Positions 11,502 to 23,925 of a DNA stretch of 46,839 bases are shown here, one piece after another; within the stretch, counting starts at the first letter, position 1; each line of letters begins with the position of its first letter. The stretch lies in contig NW_005434515.1 of assembly GCF_000315625.1 (NCBI RefSeq), positions 85,157 to 131,995 on the forward strand, in the 5' to 3' direction. The DNA is from Guillardia theta CCMP2712 (lineage: Eukaryota > Protista > Cryptophyta). The position numbers and the translations under genes were made by a program. The notes under the pieces are model-generated. The model made no database searches and was not told the DNA's origin. It saw nothing but the letters and a program-made list of their open reading frames with translations.

Positions 11502-14500
11502 TTAGCGACCTTCGGGAACCTGAAAGCCACACTTCTGACCAGCCTCGTAGATCCTCTCAAGCTCTTCCTCCCACCTCCCCTGCGCCTTGCAGTTGAGGTA
11601 GTGCCTGTACAAATCCATGAGATGAACAAGAAGAAAAGAGGTCAGGTGAGATGCAGACGGAGAGAAGAGAGGGCGAGGAGGGGAGCTGCGTACTGGTAGA
11701 GCAGGAGGGCTGTTCTCGCATCCTCGATGGAGTCATGGACTTCAGACTGAATCTTCTGACTGAGGATGATGTAGGCGAGAAATCTCAAAGACATCTTTCG
11801 GCGATTTGGCAGATGATAAATGTTGACGGTATCCATGATCTACAAGGTGGTTACAAGCCGAGAGCGAGAAAGAATGCGAATAAAACGGCAAGGAGTTTGC
11901 CAACACAAAGAAGATGCAGGTGAGGGGAGGAAAATGGATGAGGAGCAAGCAAGGAGGTACTAACAGAGGGGAAGGGAGAAGGTGAGATCGGAGCAGGAGG
12001 AGGGGACCTGCTCAGGCGGCACCCATATGTTGATGATACGGAAGTCGTTGTTGAGCCCGTGCCCTACGAAGATGTATCCCTTGTCCACCAGGTAGCGCAG
12101 CTTCACGTAGGCGCGCTTGAGAGGGATAAGGTGATGCGGTGACGTGGCAGGATCGAGGTCGCCGGGGAGGAGGCCTGAGAAGCGAGTGAGGTAGTCCATG
12201 ATCTGCTCGGGAGTCTTGATGTAGTCGTCGATCATCGGAGTGCCTGCCAGGCACTGCTCCGCTCCCTTCACCCCAACTGTCGCCTTGCTGTCCAGCGACC
12301 TCACCACTGACACCCTTCCCAAGGACATTCTCCTGCAGGTCAAGTCAGTCGCTGTCCTCCTTCCTGCCCTCCGAGGGACTCACGAAGGTCTGGTGACCAG
12401 GTTGGTCCCATCGATGCGAAGCTCAGTCTCCTCCGCCGTTAGCGCGACAAATTCAGAGTCGATCCCGACGATCATGGAGGACGCAAGTTCTTCTGTGGAC
12501 GGGGGAACAAAGGTAGGAGTCTTGTTGGCGAGGGAAGGGTTGCCGAGGGATCGGTCGTTCTTGTACACGTTCTTGGTGATCGGGTTCACGTACGGTTCAC
12601 CTGGGCAGACCTCGTCGATGTCAACACGGGCGAAGTAGAGCACAGCTGGGGTCCTCCAGGGCTTGAATGTCACCATCTCACGCTGCTCCACCGGCCGCAG
12701 CAGGAAGTCGTTGACAAGCAGCCACGTCGGCCGGTCGACCTCATCCCCCCGCATACCTCGCGAGTCTTCAGGTCTGACGCGCACGTGGGTCACCAGGTGC
12801 CTCCCGTCCTGCGCGTCTCCGTCCCGCCACTCGCGCGCCCCTCCAGCAAACACACACGACACCACCCCCACCAGCTCGTAGACCCCACCCCCCTCCTGCC
12901 CCCCCTCCTTCCCTCCTTCCCCCCTCGTCACGCGATAGCGTCCTTCCTCTGCGTCGAAGCGCAAAGAGATCTTGAGCGGGAGCCACTCGCTCCCCGACCC
13001 ATCCTCCGCTCCCTCCTCGGCTTCTTGCCTCCGCCCTCTGTAGAGCTCAGCCCCAGGCGCGTAAGGCGTCTCTAGCCCCGAGTCGATAGACAACACGTTG
13101 GGGAGCGAGACCATGCTCCTCCTCACCTGGCAGCAAGTCACCTGCTTCCTCTGCCCCTCCCCTCTGCTTCCTCTGCCCCTCCCTCTGCTTCCTCTGCCCC
13201 TCCCCTCTGCTTCCTCTGCCCCTCCCCTCTGCTTCCTCTGCCCCTCCCCTCTTCTTCCTCTGGCCCTCCCCTCTGCTTCCTCTGGCCCTCCCCTCTGCTT
13301 CCTCTGGCCCTCCCCTCTGCTTCCTCTGGCCCTCCCATCTGTTTCCTCCCGCTAGACACCTTAGTCGGACGGTACTGCTTGGCAGCATCGCTCCAAGCTC
13401 GGGTAGTCTGCAACGACCGTCAGCAAAGCTTCTCTTCGCTGTCGCCACTTGCCTGCTCGGAGCACAGGGAAGACTCGAGAATCTGCTCGAATGTGGGCCG
13501 TGAGTCCGACGACTTCTCCTCCTCTTGCGGCTTCGGATACGACAGGCGCCACTGAAACTCTCTCGTCTCCTGCGTGGATCCTCCCTGAAAGAGTTTTTCA
13601 GAGGAGGGTATGATGGAGGAAGAGACGGTAAGGGGAGGAACGGGAGCAGGCGGGAGAGGAGAAGGTCATAGCTTACCGAGTCATCGTTGGGTAGGAATGT
13701 GGCAGTCCGGCGCATGTTGGCGCCGAATACGAGATCGATCGCGGAGGGAAAGTCTCGGACAGTCATCTCCTTGTTCATCTACCTCTGTGTCAGCGGCACC
13801 CTCTCATCACTTCTCCTCCTTGACCTGCTCGAGCACAAAGCGATTGAGATTCTGAATGCGCTTGAGCAGCTCCTTGTCTGAACCCTCCCGCACCACAAAT
13901 GCCGTAGCCGTTGACCGATCGAGAAGTTCCAAGCGAGAGGCCTCGGGCAGTTGACTGAGGCAAAGTGAGGAAAGGAGAGCGAGAGCATGAGAGAAGGGAG
14001 TGAAGTGGTTCAGACGCGGTTCAGAGGGCTGAGAGCCGTCAAGACCTGAAAGCTCTCAGGAAGTTGGTCGCCTGGCAGCAGACGCCGCGGGAGTTCTGAA
14101 TCATATGGAAGAGGAAGCCCAACTCGTCGGAAAGACAAACCTGAAGAAGCAGTGAGAAGATGGAAGAGAGTAAAACGTTCGGGACAAATTCTAGAGGCAA
14201 AGCACGAAAGTAGGTAACAAAGAAGACACTGCTGCGAAGATGATTGAAGAGTTGAGGAAAAGAGGGAAGAGAGAGAAGAAAAAGAAGAAAGAGCAGAGAA
14301 ATTAACAGGCAAGAGGAGAAAGGAAGGAGTAAACGATAGATTCGAAGGAGAACAAGGATGGGAAGAAGCGAAGAATCAAAGCAGGCGGGCGGGAGTTTGA
14401 GGACCTCTTTGGATGATAGATGATTGAGAACTCTAGAGCGCAGCTGGTAGTTGAAAAACATGGTATGAATCCAGGCGTTCGCATAGCTGTTGGGAATTGT

Positions 14501-17093
14501 GTTCTCAAGACCCCCGAATTTCGTGCTGTTGTAATGCTTGAAGGGAAAATCCTTTGTGCCAAGTCAATTTCTTTTCCTCTTCCTTCCTCTTTCAACCCCC
14601 CCCCCCCCCGTGCCTTTGCTTTTCGTCCTCTTCGCTCTATCTTTTTCACCTCTATTCCCAACTTGCCGAACTTGATCTCTCGACGGCAATAGTCCCTGAA
14701 AATCCAAGTCAACCTTTCCGATTTGTCAAACGTCTTGACGCACTTAGGGACTGAGTTCCACAGCTCTCGCGATCTTGAGAAGGTCTTCTCGTTGTCATCG
14801 ATCCTCTGCCACCCACGTCATCCCTCAATCTCATCAAGTGATTCCTTTGATTACTTCGTGAGTCAACAACGGGAGCGACGAGAGGTCATTGGTTCCACGT
14901 AGCCTTGCAAGGGCTCCAGGAGGAAGGCCGCGCTGCTGCTGCCCTCGTTTGATCCCTGGATTGGTCGCATAGCCCACAAAATCTTTATCCGTCACCTACA
15001 GAACCAGAACAGATAAATTCCCATTCTCTTGCCCGCACTTTGCAGGCTCACCATGGCCATGAACTCTGAGTCAATTTGAAGAGGAGCAGCACAGGGTGGC
15101 AGTACGACCGGCGGCCAGTCACTGAGCAGCGGCTGCTCGTCTTCCTCCTCCACTTGGAGCGGTGCCAGCGACAAGCTTGTTTCCTGCGTTGCGAGATCAC
15201 AATGTGAGGTTGAAGCTCTTGTTCCTCACTTCCACCCAGCCCTCCGTGTAGGTTGACACGACAGGTTCAGGGAGTACCGTCGGCAGCGACACTCCGATGG
15301 GGTTGACAGAGACAGGAGCGCCGACAGCAGCTGCTTTTGCTGTCGTTCCAGTAAATCCTTACCCTCCATTTCGCTCCTCTCTCCACCTGACGCTGCCGCC
15401 TGGTCCACCCACAAGGAAATTCTACCTCCCGCGTCTCCAAATATGAGCATCTGCGCACATCAAATTGACATCAGCTGCTGCTCTACAGGGTCATGAGGGA
15501 AGCTTACCTCGCCAGACGGGCTGACGTCCATGGCGTTCAATCCATTGCACTCGACCTGACGAGAGGTGAGGAGGAGGGCGATGACGCGATGACTCGCCTG
15601 CAGGACTGGGGGGACAGCAAACAAGCCTCCGACATCGCAGAGTTGGAAAACACCAGACTGGCAGAGAGACTGAGCACGAGATTATCTAAAAGATCAAGAA
15701 AACCTGACTGGCGGCAATGAGGGTGCAGGAAAATCTGTTACATTACAAGACGTGAGGAGACATGAAAGGAGAGACGAGTAGGAGAGCGATGCATTAAGAC
15801 AGGGAGAAAAGGGAGGGGATTGGCTTGCCTCGGGTTGTATGACAGGAAGGAAGGGCCATGTGGGAAGGGAATGGCCGCAAGGGGGCGAGGATGACGACGG
15901 AGATCGAAAACTTTGATGGCAGGCTCAACTGTCAAGGAGCCGCGGAAGACTGTCGTCCCGCACGTCACTACCAGATCTCCCCGCACATCCAGAGCAGTGA
16001 CAGGGCCCGCGTGCGCAAGCAGAGAGTGCTGGAGCGCGAGGGATCGCGGGTCTCGGAACTGAAGGTGACCGTCAAGGAAGGAGCAAGTCAGGTAGCGGGA
16101 GGTCTTGAGGAAAGTCACCCCCTCAAGGTCCATCTCTGTGCCAGTCACCACCGTAGCATGCACCAGGTCCATCATCGTCAGCAGCCTGCTATGCCCTCCC
16201 ACAACCAGCCCAGCGCCAGTAGGCAGCAAGTCCATACATAGTAGTCCGCGTGCTTGAGGAAGGGCAGGAAGAGTGAGCATGGGAACGGGTGAGCGGTTAT
16301 GAAGGCACACAGCATCGTCTGAGAGGGAAAGAACGCCATGTACCACCGGGAGGATCTGCCTGACCGGCGACGAAAATGCTCTCGCTTGACAGATTCGACG
16401 GAGAGAAAACGACGGGAAAGCTAGTGGAAACTCTTCTTGATCCTGATCCATAGGAGACACGAGGAAGGAGGAGAGCCAGCCCGCTGTTGTTCCGATCCAC
16501 ACAAGCTCTTCGGTCGGATCGAAAGCCATGCTCGCGATCTCTCCCAAGGTCGCATCACCTGCTGCTGCTGCCTCTGCCACCTCAGCCCAACCCTCTTCCT
16601 CTACCAACCCTCTCTCCTCAGCTGCAACATCGCCGTCGTCATACTCTGTCTCATCCACGAAGTCTGTCTCTCTCTCACCATGAAATCCCTCGCCTTGACT
16701 GTAACCCCCAGGAATGAACTCATGCGCGTCCGGCATCAGGCTACTTGGTACGAACTCTGCTGTCTCTGCATTGTAGCCTGGGACGAATGCACTTGCCTCC
16801 ACCCGGAAGCCACCGATCACTCTCCTCTCTGCCGCTTCTCCATCGGCTATGCCGTAGCTCCCCGCTTCCTGCTCTCCTTTCCCTCCAACTTGTCCAGTGC
16901 TAGTTGCCACGACGCCTTGTAGCACACCGTCTCTTCCATTTCCATCTCTCCTTTCTCCTCCCCTCTCTCCTTTCTCCTCCCCTCTCTCCCCTCTCACTTC
17001 TTCTCTTATCTTCTCTTCTCTTTCTTCTTCTCTCTCTTCTCTCATCGCTCGCGGCACAAACTCGGCGGTTGTCGCCCGCAGCGTTCGCGCCAT
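11502..17093 (-). CDS. PAN2: PAN2 poly(A)-specific ribonuclease subunit (WD40 - pseudo-UCH - DEDD exonuclease), multi-exon
   Basis: WD40 region: [42 protein letters not shown]-like region: [42 protein letters not shown]. Exonuclease motifs: [40 protein letters not shown]. The last exon ends QVPEGR* at 11502. Confidence 0.93.
13142..13340. repeat. ~21-22-bp pyrimidine-rich minisatellite (cctctgcttcctctg[g/c]ccctcc) inside a PAN2 intron
   Basis: Tandem near-identical units are visible directly. Confidence 0.85.
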
Positions 17094-17424
17094 TCCTCTC
17101 CCCGCCTGGCCACCCCACCTTACTCGATGGACCCCTACCCACAAAATGTCATTCACATTGCTGCATTGGAGGGGTGAGGGTCCTCACAAAATCAGGGTGG
17201 TAGACAGGTTGGAGTGACAAAGGAGCTAGAGGGGGTAGGGGTGAGGACCCATTTCGACTTTTTGGGGTGGGGTGATGGATCCGAGGGGGTATTCATACCA
17301 TGAAAGTTCTCTATCGAGTACTGGTAGTAGATTGTTTAGAAAATGTTCAGGGGGTGGATACTTTGTAGATCGGGTAGTCATTTTTGTGGTGGGGGTAGGG
17401 GTGGGGCCGTGGTGTATCGTCGGG

Positions 17425-18351
17425 ATGCGGCGGCGAGCGATGGCGGTGACTAGAGTGGAGCGCGAGGAGGAGGAGGAGGAGAGGCTGATGAGCCTCGGAG
17501 GAGGAAAGCAGAAGCATCTGAAGCGAGTTGTCAGGCAAGGGTGGATGCAAGCTCCTCTCACCTTCGTTGGATTGCTGCTTCCCATTGCTGCCTTTCGAGG
17601 AATGCTCCTGCTCCCCTCTTCTGCTCCACCCTTTCCTCTCCCCATGTGCTTGAGAGCAGCTGCTGGCCTTTTCTCTGCATTTTTATGGGAGGGATTCTCC
17701 ATGGAAACGAAATGGCCAGGAGGGGGAAGATGGTTTTCATACATTCTTGTGACGTTTCTCACTGCATTAGGAGACTTCATGGTGCTTTGGGGTCATGCAG
17801 GTGACATACGGGGTTTACAGCTTCAACCTCTGCACCTTCTCATGTTAGCACCATTTTTGGGACTTCTCGGAGCAGCAGGCGATATGGTCTGGCCGTGGGT
17901 ATGCTACAAGCAGGGCATGATCGATTCGGCTCACCCTCCCACACCGTTATCTGGTGAAGTCGACTTGTACTCTAGCCCTTACAGCACAGTCCCGGACACT
18001 CGCGCCATGCTGGGACATCTTCTGGTCTTCGTACGACTGATGAACATGGTGCTCGTGGGCCCTCTCATGGAAGCGCTGTTCTTCCAGGGGTTCGTCTTCG
18101 CGCAAGTGCAAAGTTTGCTGCAACACCTTACCCTTAGCTGCCTCGTTACAGGTGGTTTGTGGTCTACGCACAAGATGAATTATCACGGAGAAATCCTTCT
18201 CAGACTTGTCTTTGGCGTTTCTGTCTGTTTTCTTGCCTCGAGGCTCCCCGATCAATCGCTTCTCTTCTTCTTCCTCTCCTTGGCCTCTCGCAACTTTGTG
18301 GCTTTCATCAGGGCCGTTATCCGACGCAAGTGGTACATGTGGGTGGTATGA
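17425..18351 (+). CDS. Multi-pass membrane protein, CPBP/Abi (CAAX protease type II)-like, with degenerate catalytic motifs
   Basis: Intronless hydrophobic ORF. VRLMNMVLVGPLMEALFFQGFV resembles the CPBP P-x-x-EE-x-x-FRG motif, and LWSTH sits at the FxxxH position. The start could be ATG 17272/17275, 17425 or 17440. Confidence 0.6.
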   Translation: MRRRAMAVTRVEREEEEEERLMSLGGGKQKHLKRVVRQGWMQAPLTFVGLLLPIAAFRGMLLLPSSAPPFPLPMCLRAAAGLFSAFLWEGFSMETKWPGGGRWFSYILVTFLTALGDFMVLWGHAGDIRGLQLQPLHLLMLAPFLGLLGAAGDMVWPWVCYKQGMIDSAHPPTPLSGEVDLYSSPYSTVPDTRAMLGHLLVFVRLMNMVLVGPLMEALFFQGFVFAQVQSLLQHLTLSCLVTGGLWSTHKMNYHGEILLRLVFGVSVCFLASRLPDQSLLFFFLSLASRNFVAFIRAVIRRKWYMWVV

Positions 18352-19357
18352 CACCAACCATCATGGTATGGCGAGGGAGGCAGGAGAGGGAGGAGGCGAG
18401 GGAGTCGACAGCTCTGCTCTCCCCGGCTTTAGCGCAACGGGCGGCATTTGGACTTTCTTGCAAGTTGCATCCTGTACGGCCGCACGCGCCCTACGATTGA
18501 GCCTCGGAACATCCGATCATCCGCCGATCATCAGTCGCGGCGGCGGGGCCCCGACGACCTGCCCGACGACCGTCTGGCAGGCTGCTTTCTGCTGCCGCAG
18601 CCCAAGCCTTCGGCTGAGGAGTCACGACGGGGAGGCCTGGGGGAGCCTGTGCTCAGTCGGTCACCCGGTCAACTTCACGGTCCTGAAGACTCGGTGCGGC
18701 GCCTTTGATGGGGCCAGTGGCACTGCGCAGGCTGGCCGCCCCGCCGCGGCCGGTGAGTCCCGTTCCTCCGAACTGTGAGTGAATCCAGGAATCACTGCCG
18801 GTGACGCCGCGTGAGTTACCGTCTAGTGGCAGACTGCTTGAACTTGATCAGCGGCGCCGCGGGCCTTCAACTTACTAAGTTAGGCTTTCCGTGGCACAGC
18901 ATCAGGCATACTACATGAGAGAATCATGCAATATACGTGATGCTGGAACCTCATACAAGTGCAGCATGACCTTTGCATGCGCATCCGATCTTCATTCTGT
19001 CCTCATTGCATGTCTACCTCATGAACTTGAATGCATCGGTGGAACAAATTTCTAACAGTTGAAAAAAAGAGTGGGTTGTGGTACAAATTGATAACTGGAG
19101 TCTTGAACTGGGGTCACCTATGGATTTAACCTAGATCTTAACCCCTTTCTCCAGGTTAACTAAAGTGGGCACACTACGCTACGCTATTCAGAAGGACATC
19201 CATAAAACCCCTACTGCTGCCGACGACAAGATTCAGGTGCCCGGGATGGACGCGGCGGCCCGGGCCGCGGGCCGAGTTAAGGCCGTCACTAGTAAACTTT
19301 GAAAAGACCATCGGTTCTTTCGATTTAAACCGACTCGAATTTTTTAAGTCCACACAT

Positions 19358-19359
<2 letters not shown>

Positions 19360-19408
<49 letters not shown>
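19360..19408. repeat. (AG)n microsatellite
   Basis: Perfect dinucleotide run. Confidence 0.95.
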
Positions 19409-19411
<3 letters not shown>

Positions 19412-19559
19412 AAGAGGAAACGGAAGGAGGAGGGGGGAGGAGGAAGGAGAAAGGGGAAGGGGGGATGGGAAGGAAGAAGAGGAAGAGGAAAGAGGAAGGG
19501 ATGTCTGGGGCTGAGAGAGGAGAGTCAGTTACCGAGTAACAGCTGCCTCACAGGAAGGG

Positions 19560-21141
19560 ATGCGCATCAGTCTTTGCCTGCCTTCCATCCTCAACTTTGC
19601 TCATCTTTGCTTGGATCACTCCCTCGGGCTCGACAGATCTGCATGCCAGGCTGCAGGCAGGTGGACCAGCCGGGTCGTTTCTGCTCATCCTTCCTTGAAC
19701 AATGCCATGGCCACGCGCAGGTAAAGGGTTCGAATGCGTTCAGGAAGTGACGAGAGCAGCAGGAGAGCGTACACCTCGTCTCCTCTGTGCCTGCGGGGAG
19801 GCAACGACCATAGAGGCACATACTGCTCGAGATCGACGGACGCAGAGGCAGGAGGAGAGGAAGCAGAGTTTCGGAAACGAGAAGAGGAGATACAGCTTAA
19901 GATCCGAAGGCTGCAAGAGGAGGGGGGGGATGAAAGCGACGAAGAGCGTTGGGGGCAGGCAAAGGAAGAGCTCAAGCGAGCATCCATGGACGCGATAGAA
20001 ATGTACAGAGAACAGTTGGAATTTATCTTGAGGAGGATGAGAAGCGAGAAGCAGGAACGAGGGCTGTTCGTCCTCTTCGAGGGGCTGGACAGGTGCGGCA
20101 AAGGAACGCAGATAGAGAGACTGCTGGAGGGCTTGCAGGCAAGATCTCCTCTTCCTCCTGCCCCTCCCCTCTCCTTTCCTTTCCCCTTCCCCTTCCCCTC
20201 CTTCCCCTTCCTCTTTTCCATCCCCATCCCCATCTTCTTCCTCTTCCTCTTCCCCTCCCTCTCTGAGTCCAAGTGGCAGGAGCGGCAGGAGACCTTCGTT
20301 CCTCTTGGCTTTCCCAGGCGAGAGACGATCCTCGGCAAGTTCATCGACCATCATCTTCGAACCGCTTCTGCTCGCCTCGACATTCACCTCGTCCACCTTC
20401 TCTTCAGCGCCAACAGGTCTTCTCGCTCCCCTGCTCTCATCGCCGCCTCCTCGCTCTCATGAAAGGCTGCAGGTGGGAGGCAGCAGCAGAGATTCTCCGC
20501 AGCCTGCGAGAAGGGAGGCATGTGGTCGTCGACCGCTACTCCTTCTCAGGCCTCGCCTACAGTATCGCGCAGGGTCTCGGGCGTGACTGGTGGGTGCGGG
20601 CAAGAACGACCCCCTTCCCCTCCGCCAGGTGTTGGTTTGACCTACAGCAGGTGCTTCTCGTGGGAGGTTGGTCTGCCTGCTCCTGATGTCGTCTTCCTGC
20701 TCGACATCGACCCGAGCGCTGCTGCGCAGCGACCTGGTTACGGGAAGGTAGAGATATGGGAGGGGCAGGGCAGGAGAAGCGGAAGAGGCGATGGGGATGG
20801 AGCACGAGAGAGAGAAGAGATGATACAACTGATGTGGGTGCAGGAGAGGTACGAGAAGGTCGAACTCCAGCAGCGAGTTCGAAATGCCTTCCTTGAGGAG
20901 GCAGAGAAGGGGAAGGGGGCGAGCCGATGGATCATGCTGGATGCGTCGCTACCGAGTGAAGAGACGGCGAAGCAGGTCAATGCACGAGAGGAAGGGAGAG
21001 GCGGATGTGAAGGTGCAGGAGGAGGGTGAAGGAGGGGAGGGAGGGGGAGGGCGATTACTGAAAATTGCAAAGGTGATGGAAATTTTCCTCCGAGAGAAAG
21101 CTAAGGCAACGGGCGATCAGATTAAATTTATTGGCACCTGA
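19560..21141 (+). CDS. DTYMK: Thymidylate (dTMP) kinase with an N-terminal extension, multi-exon (start uncertain)
   Basis: P-loop RGLFVLFEGLDRCGKGTQ; FPRRET; HLLFSANR|WE; VVVDRYSFSGLAYS; GLPAPDVVFLLD; ERYEKVELQQRVR; WIMLDAS. Confidence 0.9.
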
Positions 21142-21215
21142 CACAAGACAGAAAGCAGACGATGCGTCCCTCTCCCTCCCCTCCCTTGCTCTTTCCAACC
21201 CTCGCTTGTGTCATC

Positions 21216-23320
21216 CTAGAGGTCTCTTGCTGAGGCTCGCTTGGCAGTCAGAGCCGTCGGGTTGAAGACGAAGGAGGAAGAGGATGGTCGCCAGCCTACC
21301 TCAGCAAGGTAGAGGGCGCGCTGCTCCTCAAGCCCTCCCGCCCTCCATGGTCGCCTCCTCTCCTCCTCTAGAAGGATTTTCACATGATCCTCATCGCGAT
21401 CGAGCAGCAAATAGGAGAGAGTGCAGGTGCGAGGAAGCAAGCGTTCGATGATGAGGATGGAGACAGCGCCTGCGCTCAACTCACTTCTGCTCCTCCTCCT
21501 CTATCTCGTCATCATCCTCTTCCACCTCTGCTGTCTGTTCTCGTGCCACCTCGTCTGGATTCACCGACTTACCAGCCATAGACTTCGACTCTTGGACGAG
21601 ATGAACGGCAGAGACGGCGAGAGCTGCCATGAAGCCTTCCAGTCGCAGTTTCGCTTCCATGGTCGAAGGGGAGGAGGGGAAGGAGGAAGAGGAGGGGAAG
21701 GAGGAAGAGGTTGGGGTAGAGGACGGGGTCTCCAATTCTCTTGCAGCCTGGCATGTGCGTAGGAAAAGAGAGTCGAGCAAGGACAAGGAGACCTCGGTGG
21801 GTATCGCCCCGCAGTCGCTCATCAGTTTTCCTGCCACGTCATCATGTTTGTACATTCGCAGCTTGTGCTACCGAACTGCTGCATGCTCATGGCCGGCCTG
21901 CTGACTTCTTCCTCCTGCCTCGTCCTCCTCTCGCTCCCCGCCAGACTGTAGTAAGCGTGCAGCCTTGCCTGCCGAAACCTCATGAGGGATGCGGAGGAGA
22001 AGCTGAGGGGGAGAAGAACGAAGCAAGACGCGGTTGGAGCAAGAGAAAGAAGAGAAAGCAAGTAACCAGGTGATGAGCATATCGAGAAAAAAGTGCTTGA
22101 ATCCTCTCCGCCATGTCCGTCGCAGGTTTGAGGAGGAACAAGAGGAATCGGCGCAAGAGAAGCGCGTCCGGCGACTAGGATGACTTTGATAAGCATATGC
22201 AACAGATAAAGCTAGGAAAAGCAATGAGACGAAGAAGGGAAGGGAAGGGAAGGGAAGGGAAGGGAAGGGAAGGGAAGGGAAGGGAAGGTGAGCGGAAGAA
22301 GGGATGAAAGGAGTCGATATTATTCACCGAGCTATAGTAGACTGTGAGAGGTTTCTGCTTGTCTGCTCTGCGTCAGACAAGTCCGAGTGATTTTCCTCTC
22401 AACCTCGGCAGGAGTGACACTCAAGTCTCCATCGCTTCATCTGCTCCACAATCTCTAGCCGAGCAAGCCCCTGCGAGAGTGAGAGCATGAGGGAGGAGGA
22501 GCAGAGCACTGCTTGGGTCACCTCTCGATGCTTCGCTTGGACCTGCTTCATTGCCTCTGCTTGGTTTGTCTCTTCCATCTCCTCCTCCATGATTAAGAAT
22601 CTCCTGCCTCCCACATCATACTCTCCTCCCCCCTCCTTTACTCTTGCCTTCGAATCTCATCCAGCTGGTCGTCACTTGCAGCAGCTCTCAAACGATCTGC
22701 CAGACGTGCTTCTTTCTTCATCACCGAGTCCTTCACTTCCCGTTGCCTCTCTTCATACTCTCCTTGCAGAGACCGACGTGTCTCCTCCATCTTCGCTGTC
22801 TCTATCTGTGTCTATCAATCCTTTAGCCTGCCACCTGCTCCCCACGACTGAATCACCTCCTGTATCTTTTTCTCGTACTCGCTCACTGCCGCCCGCAGCT
22901 CCTGCATCTGCTGCTTCCTCCTCGCCTTCACCGTCTTCTCACACCCTGAGAACTTACAGCCCATCTCCTCCTCACCTCCTCGCTCTTGCGTTGCTGTCGC
23001 AACTTGTCTCCTCGTTCTCTCACGCTCGTCAAGGCGCTGACGAGCTTGAGTTCTCTGCCGGCACGTTGGGATCGAAAGTCTCTGGAGAGCAGGAAACCTT
23101 AACTTGTATCGCTCATGCACCTCCCGTAGGTCACACACTCTCCTAACAGCGCCAAGAATATAAGACGGACAGAATGGAGATGAAGATGGAGATCAAGATT
23201 CAACCCGCGTTCTTCCACTTGAAGCTCGTAGAGTTTGTTCGCCTCCTCACGAGCATCTGCAAGCTAATCGGATGATCAGACCTCGCAAGGAGGGAGAGGA
23301 GGATCTAGACAGTGAGGGGA

Positions 23321-23360
<40 letters not shown>

Positions 23361-23925
23361 GCAGGAGGAGGAGAAGGAGGAGAAAGGAGAGGAAAAGGAT
23401 AATGCTGGTGGTGCTGCTGATCATGATGATTATGAAATGATAGATGGTTTGTTCAAGAAGGATACTGGCAGGAAGGCAGTACAGCTTCTTCCTGCAATCT
23501 TATAGAGAAGTCGAGATCCTCGACGTCTTTGTTCAGCTTCAGTAGCAGCGTGAGTAGAGAGGAATTGCTGGCACTTGGTACCTGCTGGTTCGAAGCCTCC
23601 ACCGCTTCGATGTCCAGACTCCTGTGCCACATTCAGTCAGTTCCCCTGTATCTCCCATCCTCCACGCTGTCTTCCTACAGAAAACCTCATGTCGTCTCGT
23701 CTACTGCCATTTCTTGTCCTCTCTTCTCGAGTCCCCTGTTACCTTGCCTCCAAACTCTAGCCTCTCAACTCTTTCTCCTCCTTCTCTCTTCCTCTCATCT
23801 TACATCTTCTCTCTTCCTCTCATCTTACATCTTCTCTCTTCCTCTCATCTTACATCTTCTCTCCTCCTCTCATCTTACATCTTCTCGCTCTTCTCCTTCA
23901 GCTCTGCCGCAGCCATCGCGAACAT
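21216..23925 (-). CDS. Hypothetical multi-exon coiled-coil protein, possibly with a C-terminal EF-hand-like helical region
   Basis: Spliceable exons: MFAMAAAELKEKSEK, LADAREEANKLYELQ, QQMQELRAAVSEYEKKIQE, KMEETRRSLQGEYEERQRE, KLMSDCGAIPTEVSLSLLDSLFLR, LRLEGFMAAL. Not every junction was resolved. Confidence 0.55.
22234..22288. repeat. (GAAGG)n microsatellite, intronic
   Basis: Perfect pentamer run. Confidence 0.9.
23322..23359. repeat. (ATG/GAT)n microsatellite, probably intronic
   Basis: Perfect trinucleotide run. Confidence 0.9.
23785..23886. repeat. ~26-bp tandem repeat (tctctcttcctctcatcttacatct) x ~4, intronic
   Basis: Directly visible. On the minus strand each unit contains a GTAAGA donor-like word. 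Confidence 0.85.

Noticed and set aside
18360-19350. Gene or RNA gene in the GC-rich and CATG-rich interval
   Set aside because: The ORFs have no recognisable motifs, and I saw no tRNA, rRNA or snRNA signature.
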